This document shows, in pieces, positions 27,333 through 41,950 of a DNA stretch of 64,000 nt. The DNA is from Stylophora pistillata (lineage: Eukaryota), in contig NW_019217872.1 in NCBI RefSeq assembly GCF_002571385.2, positions 448,046-512,045 on the forward strand, written 5' to 3'. The translations under genes were made by a program, and so were the position numbers. Under the pieces are notes generated by a model. That model searched no databases. It had not been told where the DNA came from and was given only the letters and a program-made list of their open reading frames with translations. Position 1 is the first letter of the stretch. The number at the start of each line of letters is the position of its first letter.

Positions 27333-29954
27333 CTCTCTCATATCAAGTTGCATGTGTGACGTTTTCCTGGGTATTTTAAAAGCAGGAAAAACAACGGAAT
27401 CTTTTCCTATTCTTCTGTCATGCAAATTGCAATTTATCAAGCGTAGGTGCCCAAAGGGAAATGTATTAACTGCAGCAGATAAATGATTTGTCACCAGACA
27501 AAAACTGTCAGTTTTTACCCTTTCTTAAGAGCCTTTAATAAGCTTTACTCTCCGGTCGTGTATCAACTCAAAGAATAAATATAAAGCGCAAACATGTCCT
27601 TTACTTCTTCATCAGTTGGGAATTTATGCGATGAGCTATGAGTACCACGTGACGAACGGCGGAAAAAGAGTTCAGAAATTAAGCTCCCTTATTGTGTACT
27701 TGATGAAAGATACGTATTTTAAGAGCAGACCCTCCCCCGCTAAGAGTTTAATTGGGGAGCTTTCATCACGATCGCCAAAATGTTTAAATTTAGCTCAACA
27801 TGAAGATTAAATGTTCTTGTTTCTAATCAAAACAATCTACTCCCTTCGAAGTAAAAATGTGGTATTTACAATAGACAATTTATTTATCTGCGTATCATCC
27901 CATACAGAGTATTAACCCCTGGCCGCTAGAAGTTCGCGTTTCTCGTTTTTGATATATGAACAATTTACGTCGCGTGCCATCAACCAAATCAGGCGAAAGA
28001 CATACGTAACTCATAGCATAAGCTTTCTCTAAATTTTAAGGATTATCCTCATTTTCAGACCGGTTGGTCCGGAGATGCTTAAATGAATTAGATGTTTACA
28101 AGCGCAGGGTTCCGAAAGCCTTTTAGATTTCGATCCTATGAGTGGATATGTCCTATCTCAGTCTGATCTTTTGTTTGTTTATAATCATTTATAACTCTTG
28201 AGAAAGTGGGTTTACTAAGAGGTGATTAAAGCTTTTAAAGGTGGAAATGAAAGACATTACACAGGTATAATCCCTCACAGACTTAGGCCTGCGTAATGTT
28301 CACAGATTGAGGACCATTTGACCAGTGCGTGGAGTTCCGCTGTTAAGAAACCATAAAATTGTGTGCGAATTGTGTGCGAATTGTGTCTCACAGTGAGTAG
28401 ATATTAGAAGATTATTATCTGGTGGTGCAAATGATTATCATTCTTTGATTGAGGTCATCAGACCAGACGTATTGCAGGGCATGTATTGGTGATGAACATT
28501 CCTGTAGCTTAGATTCCTTAAATGCGTATCGCGTCAAGCAAAATTGATCAGTGCGTGGGATCGTGAGTCATAAAAAATATAAGAAATAGAAAAATGTTCT
28601 CTCTCTGAACTGGTCACCATGTCGGATAAAAAAATATTTCTAAGTGAGTATTACTTCGTTTGCTCGGTTACTGAACATTTTTAGTATCAAGGAGGGCAAA
28701 ACAGAGGAATAATGATGATTTAATTAAGCGAGAAATGGGACCGAAAAAATTGTACAAAAAAATTGAACTATAAAATTGAAAAAGGTCCCATTGTACGTGT
28801 TCGAGGCCAATATTCGAGGTTAATATTGAGATATTCAAATAGTTTCGCCAACTCAATTTTGGCGACCTCCCATTAGAAAACTGCAATTACAGTCACAGTA
28901 TCGATCGTGACTTATTCTAAAAGTGCGTTATCGGAAAACGCCTCATTCAGCAGCAGAGAAAAAAAATGTAACAGTTACCTCTCTCGCACTTCACAACCAC
29001 TACTCTTTCAAATGCTAGGTTTGAAGGTTGTGGAAAATATTCAAAGTCCTGTCTAAGTTGAGGTAATTGCAACTCCTTTTGTAATGTTACAATTTACTTG
29101 GAAAGGAATATAATCGACTGAGAAAAGATATTTCAATGAAAGACATGGGATAATAGAAAAAAAAAAAACAAAGATCATATAGGGCAGTAATGAAGATGGA
29201 ACGAGGATGGCAAATATGTAATGGAGAACTGTAATACCATTTGCATATGAGAAACTTATTACTAATCAAATATTTAGGGTGAACCCAATTCGATGTGCCA
29301 ACTCAATGCAAATAAATAAAATAAAATTAGGTAAAGGCATTCAATAAACTCAGAAAAAACTAGAAAAATTTGAAAAAAATAATTTTCTTTGTATCTCCCA
29401 CTGGGATGGACAAGATGATAAGGTATTTCCAAATGATTGCCAGACAGGCATGGCAGTATTTAAAACTGTTGTAAGACTTAGAACGTAGTGTGCGACAAAG
29501 AAATTATATATTACAATCAGCTATTCTAGAAAGAAAGGCAAAGTCAATTATTGCCGCGGATTTTTGTGACCATCAAACTGATATTTTAGTTGGTAAGAGA
29601 TAGTTATTACCAGTTCAGTACTAACTTTCAACCCAAACCATAGCTACACAAGGAAACCTTTCATTACCACGTATCTACGTTTTTGTATATTTGGATCTAT
29701 GCCCAAAAATAACGCACTTTTTGCACGGTAAAATGATAAGCTATAAATCAAGAAAAATTACTAACATCGTTAAACACAATTCACCGTACGAACCAATGAC
29801 CGATTTGGAATAATACAGCAAGATTGTGTTTGGAAATACAGAGTCAATGCAGGATATGGTCTCTTACTTGGTTCAGTGTCTTATTACGTCGTATCCCGGT
29901 ACTCTGTCGCAAATCGTGGAAAGGAAGAAAACCAAGGATAGGCGGTGCCTTAAA

Positions 29955-30763
<809 letters not shown>

Positions 30764-33700
30764 CTTGAATGTTGCCTACGGATATTATTCATATCCAACT
30801 CAATGACAGCGATAAAGATAACTGTATAATCCCAATCACGAAGTATACAGCGTGATTTACAACGTAGTGTTTAATGGTCAGTTTCTATCTTTCACCGTTG
30901 TCTGATTTGTAATCAAAAACGTACTTTTACCTAGAATATTTTGTTAATGAATAAAGCTCAGCAAACGCCCAAATCTAATAACATAAATATGAACAATAAC
31001 TGAGGCTATCGAAGTTCTAAGTTAAGCCTTCTCTGAGTCGATTGGTCAACTTTATCTTAACATAATCTAGGAACAGTTAAACCATCATTTGACGCTGACA
31101 AAAGAACAAGATCGGTTCAACTGATAACATACTCTGTCCGACTCAAACTCCCAAAAAAACTCGGAGTGCGTACCGTTCGGCTAACGCGTTGGTTTTTTTA
31201 AAAAAAAATTGGTTTCAGATGGAGTGGAAATTTTAAAGATAAACAGATTAACAGAAAATTTAAGATAACTCGTTTGATCATCTACATTGGCTTGTCTTAC
31301 CTCGTGCTTCTCACGCAGCTAGTATTGAAGGTGATCTATTATGACAACTTAACTGGGAAGCAACTTAGAAAAAGACCAGTAGCTTTGGCTCAGTAGGTCG
31401 AACAATTGAACACACGTTGTAACAAATTTAAAATATATGTGATCTAATGCGACGGAAAGTATCTTGCTGTGCGGAGCATTCACCATATTTATGCTCAATT
31501 ATATCCTGAAGCGAAAAGATTGTTAAGTCGGCCAGAATTTTTAAAGGGTTAAATCAAGTTAATTTGAAGGATTGAAAAAGTGCACCTCTGTACATAAAAT
31601 GTGTTGAAGACATCATTACCTCTCTCACAGACCCTCTTGATAGAACATTCCGGTGAAGATGGATATTGTCCAAACACAAACATATCCAGCCATTTGACTA
31701 GCCCCAGGGCCCATCATTCACGAGGAGGGCACACATTAGCCACATGTTTTAATAGCACCACAACGCTAAAACAAACGATCATATAAAGAGCAGTTAAAAT
31801 GACCTTCCATAAAGAAATTTTTAAATCATTATGTTTTAATCAACAACGAGTTTGCGAAAGGCGTGTTGCCTTTTGATTCAGAATTAGCCATCGATTAAAA
31901 ATTTTAATATAATGGTTTGTTTGGAAGGTAAGCGGTGTTTATCCCTGGATAACCATATCTGGTTACCGTGTTTTCTTGTGGTATGACCAACTTGGTTCCT
32001 CTGACAAATGGCCCTAAGTGCTGAAACTTTAATCTACATTGAAACTAAAATGTGCAGTTAATTTATTGGCGGAAATACCTAAATGACTCCTATCGAGAAA
32101 TTGTCTTATTCTTCCATTCATCAATAAAACGTCGGCAGTTAAGAAAAGGCTCCTAATTGTTGCTTCATAGAAAAACTGAGACTCCTCTAAAGTAACTAAG
32201 CACAGCATTTGTAGACATAACATTTTTCTGTATCCTTTTGAAAAATAACTTTATCATAGAAAATGACTCGAGAAATTGGGTGAGGCAACATCCAACTTAC
32301 TATCCTCCTTTTCCCACAATGAAGGGAGTCGAGAAGAGTCTTAATGGTATTACAAACTTTCTGCTAGTACACCAAGCATATGTTTTGAAAATAATCCAAA
32401 TTTGATCGGAATACCACCTGCCTTGCTTCATCCTTTTTTTGTAAGAACGAACTAATGTTTGGACATTTAATCCCTCAATGCTTCAAATATAGTCACCCTT
32501 TGGCGAGAAACAAATTCTCAGCAAATGGTGAAACTATGTAAAGAATCATAATGACAAAAACACACCGCCCAAATAAAAAGCTATCGATGGTAAGATTTCA
32601 CAAAGTACATTATGAATGATACATATTATTTGAATATTAAGATGTTAAGCGGCTTAAAGAACAACCAGGGCTAACAGCGAGTTACAATGGCTTACCTATC
32701 CACACTCAATGGAAAAAAAGTCTGTCTTAAAAAAAAGAAGAGGTCAAAATCCGGATTTGAAATAAAATGATCCCCTTTTCTGTTACTTTACTGCTTTTCT
32801 ACTTTCGGTAAACGGACTAAAACTCAATGTAAGGTCATGTAAATTTTTGTTTTCTTTTGCTACGAAGCAGTTGACGTTCATCTAAAGGATTTGTGAATTC
32901 TACTTTTAGACTCAAAAAGTCGGTAAAACGGCGATTCCCTTTATCTGAGAGGAAATGAATTCCTTCACCCTTTGATCAAGCTCTAGTTACTCAAGCCGCC
33001 TGCTAAGTTAACCAGCGCGAGCCCATTCAAGTTGCCTTATGCGCTGTTACGCAGCAATTTTACTAATATGTTTTCAATTACCATAAATTCCCACTGCTTC
33101 CGCCAACTGAATGTAGATCGTCTGTCCCGTGCTCTCTGACAAAGATTACAAGGAAAGTTTGACAAATTTGGCAAGACGTCTTTTGGTAAGAATTCAAGTA
33201 ACTCAGTCTTTTGTTTGACGAAAAAGTATCTCACCGTCTCAGGAAAAAAATTTTCTCATCATTGTCTGAATCAAGTCTGTTAAAAAAAAGTCGCAGTAAC
33301 TTTGTGGTGGCTAGATACAATGAATTGAGGATGACAAACAGCATCTAAAATAACACGAGTAACTGACCTTTTTGAATTACTAAATGCGTCAGGCAGCACT
33401 CCGTTAAACTGAGCTCTGTTAAAGCGAACATATTTCCAAGTTGGTCCTCCTATACCAATGGCTTTAAACAAAGACACATAATAAAAACACAAATCGTTTA
33501 TGATATATGGTCAGATATCTCGTCCATTGTATCATGAGAATGTGTGTTTCATTACAGAGCCTTCACAACTGCCGCGCATCAAGCGACGTCAGATTGTACG
33601 CTAAAACCGGATAGGGAAAACTATAGATCAGACATTTCCGTGGGCATTTAACTGACATATAACGATAAAAGTGCCAAGCTAGTTGCTAGATCTTTTAATC

Positions 33701-33977
33701 ACTCCGCTTATTTTTGCAAGTGCTTTGGTGTTGCGTTTGTGGTTGGTCTTAATATAACCTTCACCAGCTGAACATTTTTCTAAAATCCAAGCTCAGGCTG
33801 GTTTTGGGGAGTTGTGGAAACTACTGTGGTACTTCATAGGACTTTGATCACACACAAGCGTTTTCGTCAATTCGAAACCTTTGTTTAATGCTCTTAACTC
33901 GTACTACTTTGTAAATACTGCATATTTTCAGTGAAAAGCGGAATTATTCAAATGTTTAGCTTATTCAATGGTTAGGG

Positions 33978-34038
33978 TAGCCTGCGTCGCAGACAGTCTA
34001 AACCGCTGGTATGACATGTTCGGCTGCAACACAGGCCA
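33978..34038. mobile_element. 61-bp mini DNA transposon (AcademH-like ends, 9-bp TSD)
   Basis: TSD tggttaggg at 33969-33977 and 34039-34047. Imperfect TIR tagcctgcgtcgcag / ctgcaacacaggcca. Confidence 0.75.
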
Positions 34039-35160
34039 TGGTTAGGGTTCGTTTCTTGCAAAAACTTTTTTCAGATAATTTCAGGCTTCAGAAAAAGTTA
34101 TGTAAGTAAATCAAGTTTTGAAGGATAGGCTTACGATTCTATATTCAGCACTTTCTTGTCAGTTAGGAATTGCCAACCGCGAAATATAGTACAAATAAAA
34201 ATGTAAGTCGATTGTCGCAACAATGTCATGATCTGAACAAATGAGAGGGATCAGAAATTGAAGAAATATTTCAATAAGTGCAGAGCTACAGGCATAGTCT
34301 AAAAGACTCCAAGCTCTTTCAACTTCACTTAAAGCAGTAACCTTTCACCAAACTGTTAGCTCGCCTCAGTAGCAGTAATACCATTTAGCTAAGGAGTCTC
34401 CTGGTAGTTCGGCCTTTAAACAAAGTTCGTCTAACAAACAGAATTAGTTACGCTGGTAAGTCATCTTCTCACCAGAGTCCTAGGAATGAGTTTTAGAAAC
34501 ACGAGTCAGCTAAACTGAATTATCTTAAGCATTTTTATCGAGCAACGAGCTTCATATTAAACAATAGGCTTTTGTTGTATAGTGAATGCAAAGATACTTT
34601 ATGAATATGGCCAGTTATGGCAGTGGGGTCATAGACATTGATACCGCTGCTCTACTAAGCTAACGGTTTCATTCCAGTACTCAACCTGAACATGACAGTG
34701 TATTAACTATGGATACTCATAGAAACCTCATTTTTTTACAACCAGCGAAAGATTGCAAACAAAAGGTAAGCACAGCGCCCCACACCGATTATGACATACA
34801 TCTCTACAGAGCCACACTAAATAGAAATCATTTTTACGGAAATGTTAAACTTTACATATCAAGGAAGGACACGGGAGTCAGTTGTTCGCAATGAAATCTT
34901 CGAAATACCAATGTTTTCTTTGAGCGTTCATCGTATAGGTTCGACCCGGAAGATGGGAATATCTCGCCTTCAGGTGGCGTTGGAGACGAAATAATCTTCC
35001 TTGATTGGGAATTCACGGTAAGGTACGACTAGAAATGGGTTTATCATCAACTCCTCTAGTTCCAAGACTCCCAAATTAGTTCGCCTCACCTGTACAGTAC
35101 ATTTGTTGCTATATCCAAGTTATTTCGTTACCCCCACCGACGCAGCCCCTAACAGTTTCC

Positions 35161-35350
35161 TTATTCATTTGTACAGTACATTGCTATCAGCCTTTATTCA
35201 TTTGTACAGTACATTGCTATCAGCCTTTATTTATTTGTACAGTACATTGCTATCAGCCTTTATTCATTGTACAGTACATTGCTATCAGCCTTTATTCATT
35301 TGCACAGTACATTGCTATCAACCTAAAGGCTGATAGCAATGTACTGTACA
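35161..35350. repeat. 33-bp tandem repeat (about 5 copies) followed by an inverted copy
   Basis: ttattcatttgtacagtacattgctatcagcct repeated, then aaaggctgatagcaatgtactgtaca inverted. Confidence 0.85.
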
Positions 35351-36469
35351 TTGTATCAATGCTGCCCCTGTCAGGATACTCAAGAACCTGACGCCGGGAT
35401 ATTTGCCTTTTTTCTCAAAACCTCTTTTCTTTGCATTGTATTGATGTCTAACAGAGAAATAGCAGATTTAATGATTTTTCGATGATAAAGCAAATTATTG
35501 TGAAATATACCATGACGACACGATAGGTACGAAGCGGAATTTAGCGAAACAAATGTCCTTCACTCAGTGGAACAGCGCCCACAGACTCATTTTATTTCTC
35601 TTGATATTTAGACTCACGCTTGGCTCTAAAGTGACAGTCATTTCCTAAGTGCAATTTCATGAGGGGCACTTAGGCTACTTGGATGGCAAACACTTGAGAG
35701 TAACTTACTCTGATACAGCAGCAACTGTTTCGTCGTTATGTAGCGTTTTAAAGCCAAAAATGATTGCAATGCACTAATCCGATGAGGAACAGCTCAGGAC
35801 GAAGAGCTGGTCTAAATCTTATTTTATAAAATCTCCCTAAAGAATGATGCTCAGTCACTCATCCAGATCAACCCAATGTAGGAGCTAAGCCGCGAAACAA
35901 CTAATAATTAGGCAATCAAGGTGAACCAATTATGCGACTGTCTATGAAAAGGAGCAAAGGAAAACACAGTGTGTAGAAAGTCAATGTGGTCACTTTTACA
36001 CCGTCATTGAGTCGGGGTCAAATGGAGCCCCCCAAGTTGCGATTTAAACACTAATGAATTATCAAGTTTTAGTTAAATTCATTTAAATAATAGTTGAACT
36101 GATACAAAATATGAAAAGATAATCGCCTCTTCAGAAGTATTTGTATCGTCGCACTTTCTAATCTACGTCACGGTTTGTAGATCGATCTTGAAAATAAAAA
36201 GATCAGCCTCATTCTTTGACTGGGCCTCAAGTGTGTCGGCTACTCCATCAGACCGAGGTTATAATCTCTTCATCACACTTAATATTTCTCGGCATACACA
36301 GTAGCCCTCTGTTATTATTGTACATGGATTCTTTGCCACAACACTACCCTTGTCGATGGGGGAGAAAACTAAAATTTTGCCAGACGCATGCGTAGTTGGT
36401 TTTTATTATCCGGGATATCTGCGTCTTAACATGCCTCGCCGTTAACATGCCGCGCTTTCGCACTGATCG

Positions 36470-36695
36470 TTTTAAATCTTCATTTATCCCGGCTATGTGC
36501 GCGTGTGCTAACCTAGATTTTTAGCTATTCCACTGCTGTATATTAGTTACATCAGTAATTTTATTTAGTTCTTAGCATTTTTGTAATTGGTAGTCTTATA
36601 TAGTCTTATATAATCAATGATTGTGAAAAGCACGCAATTCAGCCTATGGCTGCAATGTATTTTATTTGGTAATAAACTATCTATCTATCTATCTC
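36470..36695 (+). mobile_element. retroelement 3' UTR fragment
   Basis: AT-rich tail ending in aataaa followed by (ctat)n. Confidence 0.45.
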
Positions 36696-37889
36696 TTTGA
36701 TGACGTCACAAAATTTTGGAAATTCTCGTTCGTCGAGGCAATCAATCGAAGTATTTGGGTCAATTAGTTTCAGGCATCATAACAAATAATTTTCTGCCCG
36801 CTAAAATTATTGACCCAACCTTTCATCTGACCTGTCGATTTTCGAACATCGGGTCAAATTGTTTTCCAACAGCTGAGACGATAGGGAACGTTTTACTGAA
36901 ATAAAGAATTATCTATTCTGTAAGGTTTTATAATGTGCCTGGAAATGATAGATTAAAAAGTGGATAGCGAGCGATCTTGGAAGACCACGAGCATTTGCAG
37001 TACTTTTTTTCAGTTTCACCCCCTTACGACAGCTGTTTATCCTTTCAATATATTACTGTCTGTATGTGTTTCTTCTGAGCTTCTTTTTCATTAGTAATAT
37101 AAAGCAGGAGCAATGGGCTCCTGTATAAAGATATGTCTCAGTAATCCAAACCCAACGATCAGATTCCGCTAAACTTTTGGTAGTCTCTCGCGGTCCCGTG
37201 ACCTTAAAACTCAGCTGCGGTCAGTGATCTTTTTTGGTCCATTTTACAGGTCATGATTATTAGTTTGTGTTCAACCACCCTTTTTCTTGGTAGCATTAGA
37301 ATCCTACAGCTCATGGTGACCCTTGGCCTGACCCATAGCATAGCCAATTAGCACCAATCTCGGCCTGAGTTTCCAACACCGTGCATCTTGGGGCAGTAGT
37401 GCGTGTATTGCATTCTTTTTTGTTGTTGTTGTTGTTGTTGTTTACGGGTGTCGGCGACTTTAAGTGAAATTTCATACCCTTGCCGGACTTAGGGGATTTA
37501 AAACTAAATGATGATGGGATCTTGTCTGACAGTTTGATCGTTGTTTTCTCCCTTCACCGTAGAAATGCATTGCACAGTTCATGATTTCTACATCGGGCAC
37601 TATAGTTATCTGCCAGAGCAAAAAAAATATTTCTATTGTTGAAGCCTTACCTCTGTAACATCTGTCAACTAATTTCAAAAGACCTTTTCTTGCATAAGGA
37701 AGGGTATTGAAGTAGCAATAGAGTTATATTCGATTTATCATCTGTAGAGTTGACCCCCTGTATCTCGCTGAAAGCAAAAGTTTATCGAGAAGATCACCTT
37801 CGAAGCTTTAGGCCATTCTTTGATCTCTTTCCTTTTGATCCAATTAGCAAATTTTATTCTTCAGATGATATACGTCGGTGCTTTTAGTA

Positions 37890-38010
37890 CTGTCAAAGCG
37901 CGAGTTATTAGCGGCATTATCTTAATTGGCTATCAAGTAATCTAATTGGGGGCCAATGTTGATATTAATTAAACATGAACAGTTGTCAAAATATTGATCA
38001 CATTGATTGC
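37890..38010. promoter_or_regulatory. candidate intergenic enhancer (clustered TAATTG and TGTCAAA)
   Basis: attatcttaattggctatcaa matches the homeobox C promoter core at 20/21. Also a second TAATTGG, TTAATTAA and two TGTCAAA. Confidence 0.35.
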
Positions 38011-39830
38011 GGTGATTTGCAGTAAGCAGCCATATGCCATCCGATGTCAAGGCTCAGCTTCTTCTGGCATCATTGAATTTTTAGTAAACTTCATAAGGCG
38101 TGAAGTTCCCTTTTGTGTCAAACACCTAACAATTAACGGCCTCTCTTATTTTGATCAAGGTGAGCTGTCTTCAAGATATTTATATATTTTCAAACACGAG
38201 AGGAATCTGTTCCTTATTTCGTAATACTGAGTAACGGGTAACTCTGAAGAAACAGAGAGAGGACAGTAACTCCTAAATGAAATATTGAGCGTCTATTTTT
38301 AATTTCTTCCCCTCTATGATGCACCAAAAACCATTAAATCACCACTGTATGTACAGAGAGAATTCCTGACGTCCCAGTTAAAGAGCTTCAAAGCTAAAGA
38401 GCTTTTCCCCAGTTACTGACAAAGTAAACATCTCCTACGTCGGCTAGATCCGTACACTGAGCACCGCCACCGCAAGCAGTAAGCATAAGTCTCTTACCGC
38501 TGACAGTAAGGAGTGCTTATCATGTTTGAAGGAACTTACAACGAAAAGCAGAGGACCTTTGCATTTCCGAGATACATGGCAAAACACGATGGTTATTAAA
38601 TCGGCGGACTAAATGGCGATAGAGAGCAACACTTTGGATTTTGAGGAAACCATAAGGCTCGGAGAAGCGATATGAGCAACATCGCTCTGGAAAGTTCCAC
38701 TGATTCCACTATCAACGCACTGATCTTTTCCTTTGCGTCGGCTGTTTTCGATGCTTTTCCCTTCCTTCTGCAATCACGCAGTTCTGTATTCCTTATTTCG
38801 TTTCACTAAAGATTGCTCATTGCTTAAGCTAGATCTGCCATTGTGTTCCTCGAATAAAATTGGAAAAAGCTCACAAACTTTTTCTTGTGAAAAGCTCACA
38901 CTCCCTATCTTCGAAAATTAGAATATTAGGGAACTAGAACAGACTGATTAACTATCATGTAGGTGTTTTACATTCTGCTGAGAATGGACAATCACTTCTT
39001 TTGTGGAAATTGTGGGAAGACAAGGGATAGGCGGCTTTATTTTGGCAAATTTAATTCACTTGAAAAATGTAAATGAAAATGTTTTTTAAACAAACGAAGA
39101 GAAAGTTGTGATTATATTCCAGTACCTGCATCCAGCAGTTCAACTAAAAAAGCACCAAACAGATGAAGGTGAGATAGCATCGCAACTTGGTTAACGATAG
39201 AATGCAATAAAGTCCATCGAATAGGTTTTTTTCAAGAATCATTCACTTCAAGTATAATTTAATTGCACATTCTGTCCATCGTCGACCAGTGAATAATTCA
39301 AACGATTCATCGACAAAACAAACGTAGGCATGAGGAAAATGAATGAAGGATTGTGAACAAATGAATAAACGGATATAATTTCCTGATAAGGTTTGTAAAG
39401 AATGAAGGCTGTTAAGAGCCACTAAATGAAGCTAATTAAAACCAGTTAAATTCCTGTGGTAGATTAAGTCGTGCCGCTAACCACAATGAAGACAAGGCTG
39501 TTATGTTGTGTAATGCCAGGTACAAGCAACAACCTTGCTATGGTTTTTCGTGTTACTATGGGATCTGTTGATAGCCTGCGTAGCGGCCCTAGAGGGAGGG
39601 GGGAAGGGGGTGGGGAGCCGAGCGGAGCGAGGCTTGGGGAAGGGAAAGGAGGGCAAACAGAGCGAGGCTTGGGGAGAGGAGAGGATAGGAAGGGCCTCAG
39701 TGCAAGCGACCCCGTAGGTTCTTCGAAATATCCTATCTCTCATGGACGAAGAATTCTCATCGGTCGAGATCAAATAACTGTCACTCAGCCGTGAAAGTGA
39801 TAAGAAACAGGCAAGTTGTGCTCGAACAAC

Positions 39831-40523
39831 ATGGCGGAAGATATAGCAAACTTTGATGAGAATACGTTGAAATTATCCTAGAACAGCGCGGAATCAATCT
39901 GAAAAACGAACAGCGCCAAGCTTTGGAACAGCTCTACGTCAAAAAGAAGGATCTTGTAGCTATTTTTCCGACTGGGTTTGGAAAAAGTTTAATTTTCCAA
40001 GCTTTAGTGTTTCTTGCACGCTTCGAGGCCAGCGACGATAAACGGCCCGTTGTGTTGGTTATAACTCCACTTACAAGCATCATACAGGAACAAATACTCG
40101 AACTTGAATCTCTTGGTTTAACTAGTTGTAATCTAACCGAAGTTCTCGATAATTTGGATTCATTATCACAAGTTGATCTGGTATACGCTTCGGCCGAGAG
40201 TGTAATCGATGAACGTTTCACAAACTTCCTTACAGATAAAGATAAGGGATTTGTGTCCAGAACAGTTGCTCTGATAGTTGATGACACGATTCAAACTTGG
40301 ACTGGCCTGAGATAAGAAAAAGTAAAATTCGAATACTTGATGTGCATGATATGATCAATACGAGCGGAATTCCGAGCCGCTCGCGAAGCAACTTTTGTGT
40401 TCTGTTTACTAAACAACACTTACGACCAATATATTGAAACGTATGTTTTCTTTCTAAATAAAAGCAAAGACAAGCAGTAAGAAAACCATTGCATTCCGTT
40501 CAGCATATGGCAAGCTGTCTTTC
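39831..40523 (+). pseudogene. RecQ-like SF2 helicase N-terminal fragment (transposon-borne)
   Basis: Motif I PTGFGKSLIFQ, motif Ia VITPLTSIIQEQ, eroded motif II ALIVDD, and downstream AFRSAYGKL (aromatic loop). Frameshift near 39860, truncated. Confidence 0.8.
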
Positions 40524-40559
40524 GAGGCTGGTGAGTTGAAGCGTAAACACTTTCTTACT

Positions 40560-41014
40560 GGACTCTTTCCCGTCGGTGTACTGAATTTTCGTTTGATTGC
40601 GAAATAGAGCTCGAGTTCTCAACCGAAGATGGACATGAAGCCTTTTCCAAGAGTTCATAAAACTTGTAAAAGGTGTTCACTTTTCAGGTACAGGTAAGGC
40701 AAACAATTTGGGGGAGATTTGGCTGTTTTGCGAAGTAAAATCCAAGATCTCGAGACAGGTCCGCGATAACATATTGGAATTCTTCTCTCTGACTTGCTTT
40801 AAAGATATTAAGAAAGGTTTTGAACCCAGTTCCTAACTTGATTCTTAAGTTATCTCCACAAAAGCGGCAAGTTGACGGAATATCTATATTAGGCTCTCTA
40901 CCCCTCTTAGGTTTTTCTTTGAAATTTTCCTTGTCCTCCGACATTTCATCCACGTGCAGCCGTGTTTTGACAGTTTGCATGGGTCAGTGCTCTGCTACTT
41001 TTAGTATTTTCCAT
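40560..41014 (-). pseudogene. transposon ORF fragment with CxxC...CxxC zinc-finger-like motif
   Basis: KPKRGREP...TCRFCG...IVCLTC. Frameshift and in-frame stop. Confidence 0.55.
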
Positions 41015-41607
41015 GCTTCACTGGCGTACGTCTTAAAATGGCGCTTCGTGATTGGATAGTTTTGACAGTTCTTGTTTGACATTCGAAACACGATACGCAA
41101 AATTAATCGGTGGGAGTTTCGAAGAATCTACGGGGTCGCTGGCAGGCCCTTCCTTTCCTCTCCCCAAGCCTCTCTCCGCTCGGCTCCCTACCCCCTTACC
41201 CCCTCCCTCTAAGGCCGCTACGCAGGCTAATCTGTTGAGGAAATATGTTGCGCGTCAGAACGAAGAGCAAAAGTCACTCATTAGAGGAACTACATCATAA
41301 CAAAGCAAACAAGCAAGATTCTAATGGATAAATGATTAAACAAATACGTAGCCAAAAAAAAAACCCAACCAATTAAATAAATAGATGAAATGACATAACC
41401 CGGTTTTCCTGGAATTTTATGGGCCTATTCATTTATCATCTGACCATTGACCATGTCCAAGAGAATGTGGAATGATATCCTCTTGTCATGTCTAAGCTCG
41501 CAGCTTTATTAGGATTTTAAATACAACATAGTCTAATAGCAAAAGGTTTGCTTTTAAAAAACGCCAAATGAAATGTTGCTTCACTAACATGAAAGAATGG
41601 AATTATC

Positions 41608-41609
41608 AC

Positions 41610-41648
<39 letters not shown>

Positions 41649-41950
41649 GGAATGTAGAAATGTATATGTACAAAGTAATCACCCCAAATTAATATCTACG
41701 GACACAAGAACCACACGCGGAAAAGACTGGGAAAAAAAAACTTCAACACCCACGATGGCAAGGCTTCGCCCTCATTTTGCACATATCTTAGAAACAGGTT
41801 TGTCTGTTAAAATATCTCTTGATGATTGCCAAAATAACGGATATCGTTTCCACCCGTTAAATGCTTTAATGACCTCTCAATAAAACCACTTGATTGAAGT
41901 AACAAACTAATGTAAACAAATACTCGATCTACGAACTTTTCAACGGATTA
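41608..41950 (-). mobile_element. LINE 3' fragment with (TTA)n tail
   Basis: (tta)n at 41608-41648 followed by a degenerate ORF2-end-like sequence on the minus strand. Confidence 0.45.

Larger units (their letters stand above)
39572..41229. mobile_element. internally deleted AcademH-like DNA transposon carrying a RecQ-like helicase fragment
   Basis: TAG...CTA termini, ~120-bp G-rich TIRs (tagcctgcgtagcggcc...cttcgaaa) and perfect 9-bp TSD atctgttga (39563-39571, 41230-41238). Two convergent broken ORFs inside. Confidence 0.85.

Noticed and set aside
39923-40315. host RecQ/WRN/BLM gene
   Set aside because: Truncated, lacks an intact DExH motif and is enclosed by TIRs and TSDs.
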